A DNA stretch of 64,000 bases, from NCBI GenBank assembly GCA_977020255.1, contig CDROCS010005497.1, forward strand, positions 1-64,000. Direction: 5' to 3'. This document shows positions 38,675-49,872 of the stretch, one piece after another. The position numbers and the translations under genes were made by a program. Source of the stretch: Obrimoposthia wandeli. Lineage: Eukaryota. Position 1 is the stretch's first letter. Each line of letters opens with the position of its first letter. Under the pieces are notes generated by a model. It was not told the origin of the DNA. It did not search any database and saw nothing but the letters and a program-made list of their open reading frames with translations.

Positions 38675-40276
38675 CTATTTTGTTTCTTTCTTTTTCTTAT
38701 ACTTTTCTTTAAGAGTCTTGATTACGTAATTTCTTGCACTTCCACTAGTTAAGTAAGTAGCTTCAGCTCCTTCTAAGATCTCTTTCAATTGGGAATCCTT
38801 GATCTTTCTAGTCTCAGCTTCTGCTAGTATAGCATCAAAGTCATTTGTACCATTAAACCATATTGCTGTAGTATCAGTCCCAATGTCATCCATGTACTTT
38901 CTAGAATCTGCAAAGATACCTTTATCACTGTCCCAGCTGTCTTTCTTAGCTTTCAGAGTAGCTATCCAGTCTTTAGCTCCAGCGTATGTTGTAATACCTG
39001 CTAACTCCTTATCTGATACTTTCCACTTAGTTTTAAGAAGATTCTTAGTTGTACTTAAGTTCTTAGCTTCCGCTACAGCAGCTTTATCTGTAGTTAAGTT
39101 AGTTTTTACAAACTCACTAATAACTTTACCATTTTCAGGTGTCAGTTGGATACCACTAGTCTTTAACGTTTCAAGAATATTCCTAGTCATAGTACCTTTA
39201 TCAATAGTACCTTCACCATACTTATCAGTAAGTTCAGGAACAGGTGCTTGTTTAAACATATCAACTGATAACCCTTTAGTACCAGCTTTTTGCTTAGAGT
39301 AATTCTCTAATATACTAGTAAGCTTAGTCCCTTGCTCTCTAATAACTTTCTCTAGTCTAATTCTCTCAGGCCCAGTTTTAACAGTATCAAGCCTAGCAAT
39401 ATTAGCTTTAAGCGATCTTTCAATAGAAGTCTCTCCCATCCCAGAATAGGCATCTTTATACTTATCCGTAATTACTTTATTTGCACTATTGTTTGCATTA
39501 ATATTATTAATCTCAGTTTGATTGTTCCCAACTACTTTCTGTACTTTAGTGTCACTATTCTTTAGTAAAGCATCATGCAGTACTTGGTACTCTTTAATAG
39601 CTTTCTCTTTCTTCTTATTAGCCGCTGTAGTAGTTATAGCAGTTTTTCTCTTAAATAAGTTTAGAGTATTATTATAGCTCTCTTTATTCTGCCACTTTAT
39701 GAGCTCTTTCTGAGCTTTAAGATTATCCTTATATACCTGAGAATTCACATCCTTGGAGTCTTTAAGATACTTAGCATTCTGCGTATTCAGCACTAAACCT
39801 TGATCAACATTACTATTACTAACAGCGTTAGTTAACCAACCAGCTTTGGACTTATCAGCATCATAACTAATCTTTAACTCTTTCTCCGCAACAACTCTCT
39901 CTTCTGGTGATAAATTAGCCAACGAAGACTGAATAGCAGCTTGCTCAGCACTAACTCTCTTATCTCCATACTTCCCAGGAGTGAGTACAGCTTGCATAGC
40001 ATTTTGATTTGCTGCCGCCTTAGCTTTCTCCTCAACTCTAGCATTATCTAAGTATGCTCTTTCTTTTGTTTTATAGTCTTCCTCAGTTTGATATCTAGTA
40101 TCTGCTAAAGCGTCTCTGCCTCTAGAGTACTTCTGAGCCTCTTCAGCTTTCTTTCTAGCAAACTCAATATCATCCCTAGCACTAAGTTGCTTTCCAGTAT
40201 CTAACAGTAAATCCGAAATGTTCTTACCCGCATTAACTAACGTGCCTGTAGACCAGTCTTGCTTAGCTATAGCCAT
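38675..40276 (-). CDS. putative internal virion protein
   Basis: 533 aa, K/A-rich helical, adjacent to vRNAP as in N4-like genomes. Confidence 0.55.
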   Translation of the reverse strand: MAIAKQDWSTGTLVNAGKNISDLLLDTGKQLSARDDIEFARKKAEEAQKYSRGRDALADTRYQTEEDYKTKERAYLDNARVEEKAKAAANQNAMQAVLTPGKYGDKRVSAEQAAIQSSLANLSPEERVVAEKELKISYDADKSKAGWLTNAVSNSNVDQGLVLNTQNAKYLKDSKDVNSQVYKDNLKAQKELIKWQNKESYNNTLNLFKRKTAITTTAANKKKEKAIKEYQVLHDALLKNSDTKVQKVVGNNQTEINNINANNSANKVITDKYKDAYSGMGETSIERSLKANIARLDTVKTGPERIRLEKVIREQGTKLTSILENYSKQKAGTKGLSVDMFKQAPVPELTDKYGEGTIDKGTMTRNILETLKTSGIQLTPENGKVISEFVKTNLTTDKAAVAEAKNLSTTKNLLKTKWKVSDKELAGITTYAGAKDWIATLKAKKDSWDSDKGIFADSRKYMDDIGTDTTAIWFNGTNDFDAILAEAETRKIKDSQLKEILEGAEATYLTSGSARNYVIKTLKEKYKKKKETK

Positions 40277-40277
40277 T

Positions 40278-40739
40278 TTATCCTACCTTGTCAGCTGAAT
40301 ATGAACTTGCTAATCCATTACTAGCATTAGCCCATCCACTATTGAATGTCTTTCTATCTGCACTTGCTTGTTGATTTGAAGCTCTCTGTTCTTGTAATAA
40401 TCCTAACTGCTCTTTAGCTATTTTAGAGGAATTACCAAATAAGTTATCATATAATCCAAATGCTGTTCCAGCTGCCGTTGATATATCACTAAGTTTTTGA
40501 CCTCCTAGGTACTCTCCCAGCCCACTAAACATTCCCTTATCATCTGTATTATTATTCAGGTAATCTGCGGGATTAAGAGTCGTATTTGCACTATTGTACA
40601 TCATAGCCGCATAATCAATATCCTCCACTTTTGAAGGGCTAGTTGCCATAGTACCAAATGATGCTGTGTTTGGATTTTGGAACTGTACTTCCCCGTTAGG
40701 TCCAAATTTAAAATCGTAATCAGTATTAGTTATGCTCAT
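40278..40739 (-). CDS. putative virion protein (N4 gp52-like position)
   Basis: 153 aa; AAGTAFGLYDNLFG amphipathic segment typical of ejection proteins. Confidence 0.5.
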   Translation of the reverse strand: MSITNTDYDFKFGPNGEVQFQNPNTASFGTMATSPSKVEDIDYAAMMYNSANTTLNPADYLNNNTDDKGMFSGLGEYLGGQKLSDISTAAGTAFGLYDNLFGNSSKIAKEQLGLLQEQRASNQQASADRKTFNSGWANASNGLASSYSADKVG

Positions 40740-40770
40740 ATTATATCCTTTTTTCTTTAATCTATTACTA

Positions 40771-40779
40771 ATAATAGCA
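40771..40779 (-). promoter_or_regulatory. extended -10-like promoter TGCTATTAT
   Basis: Intergenic, ~30 nt before ATG 40739 with AAGGA RBS. Confidence 0.45.
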
Positions 40780-40788
40780 TAAGTAACC

Positions 40789-42453
40789 TTACGCTTTCAT
40801 TAGCTCCTCTGCTTTTAAGTTTAGTCCTGAAGGATAGAAAGTATTTTTACTTATATTCTTCCCAGTCCCTGTATAATCTTTATTAACACTGTATTGTGAC
40901 TCAGCAACATCTAAAGGTTTAGTATAGTTTTTTATGTCCTCAATAAGTAAGTTCATACTCTTATCCATCTCATCTGCTAATTCCTGCTCCGACTCTAGGT
41001 AAGCCTGATTTGCATATGCTAACTCTTTAGTTAGGTCCCCAACTATCATACTATTCCTAAAAGAGGTAATATTTTGTAGAACATTCATAGTAATTGATAG
41101 AGTCTTAAAAGTGTCTGTACCAAAACCACTAACATCTCCAGTAGCTAAACTAGCAACTGCTAATATTTTACTATCAACACTAATACCTAAAGCAACTGCT
41201 GTTCTTAAGAACGTAGTTCCTATAGCAATTGCTGCCTGTAAAGCTCCCTTAGCTATCTCTTTAGCAAGATTCTCCAACATAGACTGTATTCCTAAAAAGA
41301 ATGTAGCAATACTTGCAAACTTAGCCCACTTACCAGCGTATTCTGCAGCACCTTCACTACCGTGCTTAGACCAATACATCTGAACACCCGCTAAGGCTGC
41401 TAACGCTAACATAGACACCCACTGACCTCCAGGAACAAAAGCAGCTACTATAGCAACTATAGTTAACACTATAGATAACGCTTTTTTATACCACTTAACT
41501 TTCTTTTTCACAGTGCCTGTATCTAAAGTACTATTTATAATATCTGCAAACTCATTTCCACTGAGTACCGACCTATCGGACGCTGACACTCTTAGGTACC
41601 CTTTATACCACACATCATCTGTAGTTGGTTCTTCACCAAGTAGAGCAGTAATAGCATACCCTTGTTGTCCATCATACTCCGGATCTTCAGTCAGCCTGGC
41701 CAGCGCATCTAGCTTACGAGTAGCTTCTTGATTAACCTCATTAAGCATACTAGTAATAATTCTACTGTCTGCTGACACTTCACTATTTTGTGTAACTGTA
41801 AACTTTATACTCACTGAACTAGTATAAGTTGTTACACTTGTACCTCTTAAAGGGTCTTTCTTAACTGAAGGGATAGGAACTACTTGGGCACTAGCTCCAC
41901 TTATAGTAAAATGCTCACCCTTATCAAATAGAGCATACCTACCAAGCAATGCTGTAGATAGCTTCTCCCCGTCAGAATCAATAATTAATGAATCATAAAG
42001 TGACTCATAGTTAGTTTCAACATACGTTACTATCTCCTGAGCCGTCATTGAATTAAACACTTCTGGATTGCTTCTAAGTGTTAAGTTTAAATATGTACTA
42101 ACTGGAACACCTTGCTCTAAAAACAAGTTAAACTTGGTTGCTAATATGCCAGAAGTGTACTCATACACATCAGTAGTACTAAGCTTCCCCTCATTAAACG
42201 TTAAGTAGAACTCTGCAACAGATGAAAAATCTTCAGTCTTAATACTTGAGTACATTCCAAATGCACCACATACCTTTCTTACTGCAATTCTTTCTACAGA
42301 TGGGTACACTGTAAACGTCTTATTAAACACGTGTATGCCATCTACATGTGTAGTTCCCCAGTATCTAAGAAGCCTATTCTTAGTTACTTGGTTTGCTACA
42401 AACACCCTATGAAAGGATGCAAAGAAATCTATATAGGTTAAATCCTTTACCAT
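40789..42453 (-). CDS. putative virion protein with C-terminal transmembrane segments (N4 gp53-like position)
   Basis: KKKVKWYKKALSIVLTIVAIVAAF hydrophobic block. Confidence 0.55.
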   Translation of the reverse strand: MVKDLTYIDFFASFHRVFVANQVTKNRLLRYWGTTHVDGIHVFNKTFTVYPSVERIAVRKVCGAFGMYSSIKTEDFSSVAEFYLTFNEGKLSTTDVYEYTSGILATKFNLFLEQGVPVSTYLNLTLRSNPEVFNSMTAQEIVTYVETNYESLYDSLIIDSDGEKLSTALLGRYALFDKGEHFTISGASAQVVPIPSVKKDPLRGTSVTTYTSSVSIKFTVTQNSEVSADSRIITSMLNEVNQEATRKLDALARLTEDPEYDGQQGYAITALLGEEPTTDDVWYKGYLRVSASDRSVLSGNEFADIINSTLDTGTVKKKVKWYKKALSIVLTIVAIVAAFVPGGQWVSMLALAALAGVQMYWSKHGSEGAAEYAGKWAKFASIATFFLGIQSMLENLAKEIAKGALQAAIAIGTTFLRTAVALGISVDSKILAVASLATGDVSGFGTDTFKTLSITMNVLQNITSFRNSMIVGDLTKELAYANQAYLESEQELADEMDKSMNLLIEDIKNYTKPLDVAESQYSVNKDYTGTGKNISKNTFYPSGLNLKAEELMKA

Positions 42454-42465
42454 CTAGACTCCTTT

Positions 42466-43323
42466 CTAGTAAGTTACGTCAGCCTCTACCACTGCATTTA
42501 ATTTTGCCACTGAACTTTTCCATATGTCTAAATACTGTGTTGGATCTAGATTAGGTATCTCTGCAGCAACTAAGGTACCAATCATACTTGACCCAGAACT
42601 AGCAGCATTAGCCCATGAATTCCATGCATAACCTTTAGCTTGCTCTGCAGCAACCTGCTTATTCATGTCACTTAAAGTCACATACCCAGTACCTGTCTTA
42701 GTTACCCCTGTAATCCCTGTGTCACTAATGTTTGACCATGTGTAAATCCCATGATTAACATATGTATCTGCTACTAACTTATGTGTTCTAGCCTGTACCT
42801 CTTCTGTCTGAGAAACTATCTGACTAGATAACAGCCCTTTATTAGCTGTATCCTGCTCTATAGCTTCTTGTTCTTTGAAGATCTTACCATTGTCACCTAA
42901 TGACAATACATTACCTTCAGCGTCAAATATAGCAATACCATATTCTCTAATTCTCTGAGCTTGTTTTAATTGCTTATCAGCTAATGCAGTCTCTTTTTGG
43001 TTCTCAAGGATAGCGTTCTGTACATCTAAGTTATCTAACTCATACTGTAACTGTAGCTTCTTAAGTGCCAACTCTTTCTCTTGACTAGCCCATTGAAGAC
43101 CTGTAGACATCGCACTAGCTGTAATACTAACACTCATATTAGCTAATGTCTCTGCAATAATCTTTGCCTTATCTATAGAACTAATACTACTATCAGAATA
43201 CAAGTCCAGTAAAACCTCTTTGGTTCTAATATAGACACCATCTTGTCCAAGTGCTTCTTGCACCAACTCTCTCTGTTTACACGTTACGTCTAAATTTGTT
43301 TCTGTTAATATTGTTATTGCCAT
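42466..43323 (-). CDS. putative structural protein (N4 gp54-like)
   Basis: 285 aa coiled-coil-like; conserved position in the structural module. Confidence 0.55.
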   Translation of the reverse strand: MAITILTETNLDVTCKQRELVQEALGQDGVYIRTKEVLLDLYSDSSISSIDKAKIIAETLANMSVSITASAMSTGLQWASQEKELALKKLQLQYELDNLDVQNAILENQKETALADKQLKQAQRIREYGIAIFDAEGNVLSLGDNGKIFKEQEAIEQDTANKGLLSSQIVSQTEEVQARTHKLVADTYVNHGIYTWSNISDTGITGVTKTGTGYVTLSDMNKQVAAEQAKGYAWNSWANAASSGSSMIGTLVAAEIPNLDPTQYLDIWKSSVAKLNAVVEADVTY

Positions 43324-43778
43324 TAAATGCCGTCCTCTAATTTTTGTTTTCTGCCCATAATCTCACCAATAGTTACTGAGTACAAGTCAGCCTTTTCTAT
43401 AATTTTATTAACCAAATATTCTTTTGTAACACCTCTTGCTGACACAATTGCATCAATTAAAGGAGTATACGAACTATTATTAAGTAGATATGCTCTTGCT
43501 TCTGCTTCTTGTTTAGTCCAAGTTGCCACTTCTTGTGCTTCAATACCTTCTGTAATATTATTAATTTCAGTTTTGTATGTCTCATTCAAGGACTTTATTC
43601 TTAATGGTGCTAGTTCTTCGTCTGTTAACTCTCTATATGAGGCTTTACCTATATCTATAGGAGAGGAAACATCCAGAAGAGAATAATCATTATTAACAAG
43701 AAATGTACTATCTTCTTTTGTGTTTTCTGGGACTATATCCATTATTACATAGTCCTTATTACTTACAGCCACTTTCAT
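43323..43778 (-). CDS. tail fibre assembly-like protein
   Basis: EVATWTKQEAEARAY...LIDAIVSARGVTKEYLVNKIIEKADLY..GRKQKLED pattern. Confidence 0.65.
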   Translation of the reverse strand: MKVAVSNKDYVIMDIVPENTKEDSTFLVNNDYSLLDVSSPIDIGKASYRELTDEELAPLRIKSLNETYKTEINNITEGIEAQEVATWTKQEAEARAYLLNNSSYTPLIDAIVSARGVTKEYLVNKIIEKADLYSVTIGEIMGRKQKLEDGI

Positions 43779-43787
43779 TATTTTTCC

Positions 43788-45041
43788 TTATATTCTATTA
43801 TCTATATAAATAGATGTAGAGCTTTTTGCTGAGTGGTCATACACAGCCTTACTAGTACTTCTTGATATGCTGTCTATCTCAAAAGCATACCCGTCCACGA
43901 AATCATTAACTGCCTTATAATTTCCGGCAAGTATTTTGGCAGAAAGACTACCTGAGTAGGTACCAAAATATCCCCCATTTCCACAGGTGATAGTAAGAGT
44001 AAATCTTACAGAAACACCATTAATAACTACTGTACTATTTGCTACTCCAGGATGAGACACATAAGGAGCAGAGTCAGATGATCTAGTGTTAGATCCTAGT
44101 ACATTGTTAAATATAAGAACACCATTGAAATAAACTTGTCCACTTCTGATGGCGGCATAGTTGTATCCACTATCATCACCTGACGAAGTACCATTAAGTG
44201 TTGCTAAATTCCAAGACAATCTTTCTTTTTTTCCAAGGAGAGTGAAATCAACAGCAGTTGTTGAGTACCCATTAGTGTATATAACACTACTGTTACCGGC
44301 TGGATGGATTTGGAACGAATAATTGTATATTAACGTATCAACAACTGAGATCATACTTGGTTTTAATTTAACTGCTTTAAAATTATGTCCTGCATCTGTA
44401 ACGTTATAGGCTCTTATTAGTCCAGTTAATTTTCCAGTAGTACCTAACGCAACAGAGCTAACAACCTCATATACTGTACTTACAGAAGGTATTCTATACA
44501 CATTGGCCTCTTCATCCAATACAGTATCATCTCCTCCAGCAGGCTTAGTGTAGTTAGTTTCATATCTTCCTTCTGTAACTGCATCATCAGGAATATTAGC
44601 TGTACTTATACCTGGAAGCAAGTAATAATTAGTTAATATCTTTAATTCACCATCAAGATCCAAATAGGAAGCACTTATTACGGAACCTATTATTTTTGCT
44701 CCTGTAATAGTTCCTCCTGATATATTCTTACCAATTATATTATTTCCAGTGATATTCTCAGCATCAACACTTCCTGCAACTATAGCTTTAGCATTGAGAG
44801 ATTCTACTTCTAGTAGCTCTGTATTTATATACCCACCATTTATCACTGTTTGTCCACTAGCAGCAGCAGTTACCATAGCAGCGTAGCTATCGTACCCTAA
44901 TTTTAAAGCAAATTCATTGTTATTAGCAGCTATCTCAAGGCTATTATCTATAGATGCTATGCCTGTATCTACATACTTTTCTGTAGCTACCTCCTTGGCC
45001 TTTAATGAAGCTGGTGTTAGTGTGTTTATATCTATTGCCAT
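43788..45041 (-). CDS. short tail fibre / receptor-binding protein paralogous to the C-terminal part of 45051-49871
   Basis: Shared SYAAM..INGG..IIGSVI.ASY.DLDGEL..LTNY..YRIPS module. Confidence 0.65.
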   Translation of the reverse strand: MAIDINTLTPASLKAKEVATEKYVDTGIASIDNSLEIAANNNEFALKLGYDSYAAMVTAAASGQTVINGGYINTELLEVESLNAKAIVAGSVDAENITGNNIIGKNISGGTITGAKIIGSVISASYLDLDGELKILTNYYLLPGISTANIPDDAVTEGRYETNYTKPAGGDDTVLDEEANVYRIPSVSTVYEVVSSVALGTTGKLTGLIRAYNVTDAGHNFKAVKLKPSMISVVDTLIYNYSFQIHPAGNSSVIYTNGYSTTAVDFTLLGKKERLSWNLATLNGTSSGDDSGYNYAAIRSGQVYFNGVLIFNNVLGSNTRSSDSAPYVSHPGVANSTVVINGVSVRFTLTITCGNGGYFGTYSGSLSAKILAGNYKAVNDFVDGYAFEIDSISRSTSKAVYDHSAKSSTSIYIDNRI

Positions 45042-45050
45042 TTATTTTCC

Positions 45051-48000
45051 TTATACCATATTATTTATAGAGATTCCCGCTAAAGATCTCAGTGAAGACT
45101 TACTTCCATAACCTACAAAGTTACTACATTCTAAAGAAATCTTACTATCAGATAACCAATCAAATGGTATAGTAGCAGACCCTCCCACCATCGTAATATC
45201 TACATCACATTGGGCAGCACTACTACGAACGACTCCATCATTACTTATATAGGTATGAGAAGTAGTATTGGTAGTTACTGAAATATTAAGAGCCCCAACT
45301 ATAGGTAAAATAGAAGTTATATCAGTATTAGTTGCAGAAGCGGCAGTAGTAGCCCCTTCTTCTGAAACTGGTCCATAAGGTGCATTCGCATATGTAGTTA
45401 CAGTAGTCCCTGTAGTATATGCACTAGTCATAGCTAACCTAAAATACCAATTTGTACCACTTCCTCCACGAGTAAGAACGAATGAGGCTACAACCGTGCT
45501 TCCTAACCTTAATGTATAGGTAGCTGTAGTCTGACCTGTTACTGAAACAAAGGCAGAACCAGAAGATAAATTGAATGTAGGGCGAATCTTAACTGCTTTA
45601 ATATGGTTCCCAGCACTAGCTTCATTGTACGCTAATATTCTTCCGTAAAGAGTATTATTAGCATAGGATGCAGATATAGCATTTTCAGTAACATTACTTA
45701 TTGAGGGAATTCTGTATTCAGGACCAACATCTACATATACAGCATCTTTGTACAATGAAGGAGTTACTCCGTCAGCCTCTAATGGGCCTGCAGAAATAGC
45801 ATTTGAGTACATAGTAGGTGTAATATGGTAATTTGTTAAAACCTCAAGTTCTCCGTCAAGATCTATATAACTAGCCTTGATAACAGACCCTATTATACTG
45901 GAGCCAATAATAGTCTTTCCCACTATCTCTGTGGCACTTATGTCTTCAGCAATAAGTCCTACAGTATTAATCTGACTAGCACTTATGGCACCAACATCTA
46001 TAAGGCCAGTACTTAGGTGTCCACCATTAATTATTGTAGATCCTAATAATGAATATTGACTTTCCATAGCAGCATATGAACCAAACCCCATAGATAGTGC
46101 AAGTGCCTCTTTTGTAGCCGTACTATCTGTATTAACTATAGCAGAATCTACATAATCGTAGCTAGCTACATCGCCAGTAAAAGTATCTGCTGTAATTTTA
46201 GACAACTTCATTCTGCTTATAGTACAGTTAGCAACCCAACCAAGAACAACTTTATCTGTAGTGGCTATCATAACACTATTCTTTACTTTTGCAACAAGTG
46301 TTCCATCTGTTTTTCTAACACTCCCACTATAAGTAGTACTGTCTCCACCAGATGGGTTAATGATTCCATCAATTATGTACCAATCAGTAGCAATTAAGCT
46401 CTGTCCAGCTTCTAATATGATAGTAGGAGTAACATATGATATACTACTTGGATCATCAATAAGACCAATCTTGAACCTATCAATACCAGTAATTCCTTTA
46501 ATTCCAAACCTATAGTAATAAGGAGCTATAACTTCATCAACGTAAGGAGTGTAAACCTCGTCACCAGTACTCAATACTATCTGAGGTTCAGCAAACGAAT
46601 CTATACCATCCGCAAAACTCTTAGTAGGAGCACCAACAAGTTGGTATCCAGCATTATCTGAATCACCAACAAGACTAGTTATTGGTATAAGGTTATCAGT
46701 AATATTTATATTCCTGTCACCAACAGCAACAGTCTGTATACTAGCGGCAACTGCCTCTTCTACAGTCTGAGAAGTACCATTAAATGTAACTTTCCCATTG
46801 AATGTAATATCACCAGTAACCCCATTAACCGTGAAGGGATCTTTTGCATTTGCAGTCTGTCCAGCAGTAGTAAGTCTAAACTTATCTGCTCTTATCCAAA
46901 ACTCACTATCTCCAGCAATAGTTGGTGCACCACCAATACTCCCTGTAGAAGTAGTAGAGCTGACTAAACCGAACCCACTACTATAGTTAACTCCTTCCAC
47001 ATTTAAATTGCTTCCATACTCCCACTTGCTTTCTACACCAAGTCCTACACCATCAGCATATGCTTTAACAGTATTCGTAACCTCAGTATCACCTAAAGCC
47101 CTAATACCTGCCTCAGAAACAACATCTGCCGTAAGATCAGTAATTGCCTTAGAACTCGCAACAATCCCTCCAGGAGTTTTACTTACCCATGAATTACCAT
47201 TGAATGTATATACAAAAGTATCCCCGAGAGCGACATCTTCTACAGTAGCAATATCCCCCTCAACCACAACAACATTAACCCAAGAAGAAGTATATTCCTT
47301 TAGGATATTAGTATTATCCAGCCAGTAGTTACTAGTGCTAGGTGCTACACTTTGTTTTATAGCATAATAATGTGTACTTTTACCATCAGCAACCTCTCTA
47401 GCATCTTCGGCCTTCTTAAGAGCCTGCATAATTGATGTATCTGTAATAGTTAACCAGCTATCTGTAGTACTACTATACCAGTAGCCATTAGTACTATCCT
47501 TAAAGTAAGCTATGTTACCATTAGCCGCTTCTTTCAACTCCTGAGTAGTCCAGACAGCCTTAATACTATTTAGCTCTGTAGTTTCATTTGTAGCACTTTC
47601 TCTAAAGAAGTACTCAATCTTTCCATCTACCTGATTCTGAAGACTGTCAACCTTAGGATTGATTTCAGTAATAAAATTAAAAAGCTCAGAAGCATGCTTA
47701 CTAGCTAAAACCCAATCACCTGCACTAAAAGTACCTGTAAGTTTTTCAATGTCACATACATATATGTCACCACTAGTTCCTTGCATCCATGTATCACCTT
47801 CATAGTATGGAGTAAAAGGCTGAGCAGTATAGTTTTTAATACTTCTATCAGCTGCTGCTTTAGTCTTAGCTGCACCTATTAACGCATTTTTTATTACTGT
47901 ATTTGTAATTAATTCCCATTGTGAAGGGGTAGTCACTGTTGTACCATCAGTAGCATACTTTTTATACCTAAAGATATATGCAGTACCTTCTGTAGCATCT

Positions 48001-49871
48001 GTATCATACCAAACATCACTAGCATTTTTAGCTAATCCGGCTGATGGAGAATAAGGAGCATCATCCTGAAAGTATGTGATAGCAACACCATCTATTTGAT
48101 TTTTTATATTTAATAGGTCTGAAGCATACGTTGTAATTAAGAAATTATCAAGTACATCATCTGAATAAGATTTAGCTTCATCCAATAAACCCGTAAGGTT
48201 ATCTTTAGCTTCTTGTACAGCTAGAGAGGCATCTACTATTAGAAGCTCTTCTGCAGGAGTAAGAACTCCATCTGCAATAGCTAATGTAACTACCCTACTG
48301 TACTCTTTATAAGCATCTGAGACAGCATCAATAGCTGCCTCTCTCGCTAACTCTTCAGATGTTATTTTACCGTCAAGAGCAGCATCTTCATCAATTCTCA
48401 ATGCAATATCAGCTATTCTAGCAGTTTCTTCAGCTAACAGCTTAGCTATCAGCCCAGTCTCTTCGGCAGAAAGAATATTATCTAAGTTTCCAATATCAAG
48501 TGCCTGAGCTACAGCTATAGTATTAATATCAAATATATCTGAAGTAAGCTCATTAATAGCTGTATTCCATCCTAAATCATCAATATGTTCACTAAGGTTT
48601 AACTTCTTTGTACCATTTTCTATGTCTACTGCATACTGGTCGTCAGTAGCAACTTGTTGCCAATCACTAAGTAAAAACCCTATAGGTCTATCTATTCCGT
48701 TTTTAGCTCTCCATATCTGGTCACTACTACCAATAGTTCTCGTCCAGAGGTCTCCTTCCTCGTAAGGCCCAACAGGCTCTACAGTAAACACTCTTCTTTT
48801 ATCATCTGCCAAGTCATAAGCATTTAAAGCAGCAACATAAGCATTTTGAGCATCAGTATCTACTATAAGCGCCCAAGTAAACCCTTCACTATCTGTAGCG
48901 TACGGGCTAGAACCATCAATAACAGTTTTTATGAACTTATATGCTCTTTCATAGTTCTTGTATCCACCACTCGCATTTGAGTATTTAATATACACATCAC
49001 CAGTATGAATACTTCTACTATCAGCTGTACCACTAGCAGTATCTTCTGCTAACCAAATCGAATAGGGTTCTTGAGTAGTATCTAATTCATCATTATCAAC
49101 ATTAGTATTTGGATCTTCAATACCCATCATAACATCATAAGTCCCAGTATATGTCTCAATTACACCATCATTTTGTTTCTGCAGTATATTAATATCTGCT
49201 AGTACTCCAGTACCAGTTTCTACTCCGTCTATAATCCCTACATACGTGCTTAATGTAGTATGTGCTTCAGCATTAGCCTCAATAAGTCCATCTTGACCTA
49301 TTAGTGTGCTAGTTAACGTATCAATAGAAGTAGCAAACGCATCATTACTACTAGCCCTAGCTAGATCTAACCTAGCCACCTCAGCCCCAATAATACCTGT
49401 AGGACTATTAACTTCAGCAGTCAAAGCATCAATCATAGTAGCTATGGCTTCTGTAGGAGTAACAGCAGTCTGTGCAATATTTAGTATTGTAGCATCAGTA
49501 TCCCCTAAATTAGCATTTAACGTGTTAATCGCAGTAAGTATCTTAAGGTCTATATCATCATTAGATATAATACTATTAGTATAAGTATTCTTAGCTACCT
49601 CCACAGCCTCTATAAGGCTCTCTAGTGATGTAGTAAGGTCATTAACGTCTCCAATCTTAGTATCTAACCCAAGAGCTATAGTATTGTCAATTAAGCTCTT
49701 TAACCACTGAGGAGCATCCGCATAGTCATTAAATATAGCTAGCTTATCACCACTAATAGTATATTCTTTTCGATTAACTGTAATATCTAAGTTATTAAGG
49801 GTACTAGTAAGAACCTCTACGTCCTTGTTAACAACTACATTTATATTATTTTCTACTTCAATTTCTTCCAT
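45051..49871 (-). CDS. large tail fibre / host-specificity protein
   Basis: 1606 aa; coiled-coil stretches, repeated TYFQ..P...W modules, DSEFWIRADKF (phage tail J-like C-terminal pattern). Confidence 0.7.
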   Translation of the reverse strand: MEEIEVENNINVVVNKDVEVLTSTLNNLDITVNRKEYTISGDKLAIFNDYADAPQWLKSLIDNTIALGLDTKIGDVNDLTTSLESLIEAVEVAKNTYTNSIISNDDIDLKILTAINTLNANLGDTDATILNIAQTAVTPTEAIATMIDALTAEVNSPTGIIGAEVARLDLARASSNDAFATSIDTLTSTLIGQDGLIEANAEAHTTLSTYVGIIDGVETGTGVLADINILQKQNDGVIETYTGTYDVMMGIEDPNTNVDNDELDTTQEPYSIWLAEDTASGTADSRSIHTGDVYIKYSNASGGYKNYERAYKFIKTVIDGSSPYATDSEGFTWALIVDTDAQNAYVAALNAYDLADDKRRVFTVEPVGPYEEGDLWTRTIGSSDQIWRAKNGIDRPIGFLLSDWQQVATDDQYAVDIENGTKKLNLSEHIDDLGWNTAINELTSDIFDINTIAVAQALDIGNLDNILSAEETGLIAKLLAEETARIADIALRIDEDAALDGKITSEELAREAAIDAVSDAYKEYSRVVTLAIADGVLTPAEELLIVDASLAVQEAKDNLTGLLDEAKSYSDDVLDNFLITTYASDLLNIKNQIDGVAITYFQDDAPYSPSAGLAKNASDVWYDTDATEGTAYIFRYKKYATDGTTVTTPSQWELITNTVIKNALIGAAKTKAAADRSIKNYTAQPFTPYYEGDTWMQGTSGDIYVCDIEKLTGTFSAGDWVLASKHASELFNFITEINPKVDSLQNQVDGKIEYFFRESATNETTELNSIKAVWTTQELKEAANGNIAYFKDSTNGYWYSSTTDSWLTITDTSIMQALKKAEDAREVADGKSTHYYAIKQSVAPSTSNYWLDNTNILKEYTSSWVNVVVVEGDIATVEDVALGDTFVYTFNGNSWVSKTPGGIVASSKAITDLTADVVSEAGIRALGDTEVTNTVKAYADGVGLGVESKWEYGSNLNVEGVNYSSGFGLVSSTTSTGSIGGAPTIAGDSEFWIRADKFRLTTAGQTANAKDPFTVNGVTGDITFNGKVTFNGTSQTVEEAVAASIQTVAVGDRNINITDNLIPITSLVGDSDNAGYQLVGAPTKSFADGIDSFAEPQIVLSTGDEVYTPYVDEVIAPYYYRFGIKGITGIDRFKIGLIDDPSSISYVTPTIILEAGQSLIATDWYIIDGIINPSGGDSTTYSGSVRKTDGTLVAKVKNSVMIATTDKVVLGWVANCTISRMKLSKITADTFTGDVASYDYVDSAIVNTDSTATKEALALSMGFGSYAAMESQYSLLGSTIINGGHLSTGLIDVGAISASQINTVGLIAEDISATEIVGKTIIGSSIIGSVIKASYIDLDGELEVLTNYHITPTMYSNAISAGPLEADGVTPSLYKDAVYVDVGPEYRIPSISNVTENAISASYANNTLYGRILAYNEASAGNHIKAVKIRPTFNLSSGSAFVSVTGQTTATYTLRLGSTVVASFVLTRGGSGTNWYFRLAMTSAYTTGTTVTTYANAPYGPVSEEGATTAASATNTDITSILPIVGALNISVTTNTTSHTYISNDGVVRSSAAQCDVDITMVGGSATIPFDWLSDSKISLECSNFVGYGSKSSLRSLAGISINNMV

Positions 49872-49872
49872 A

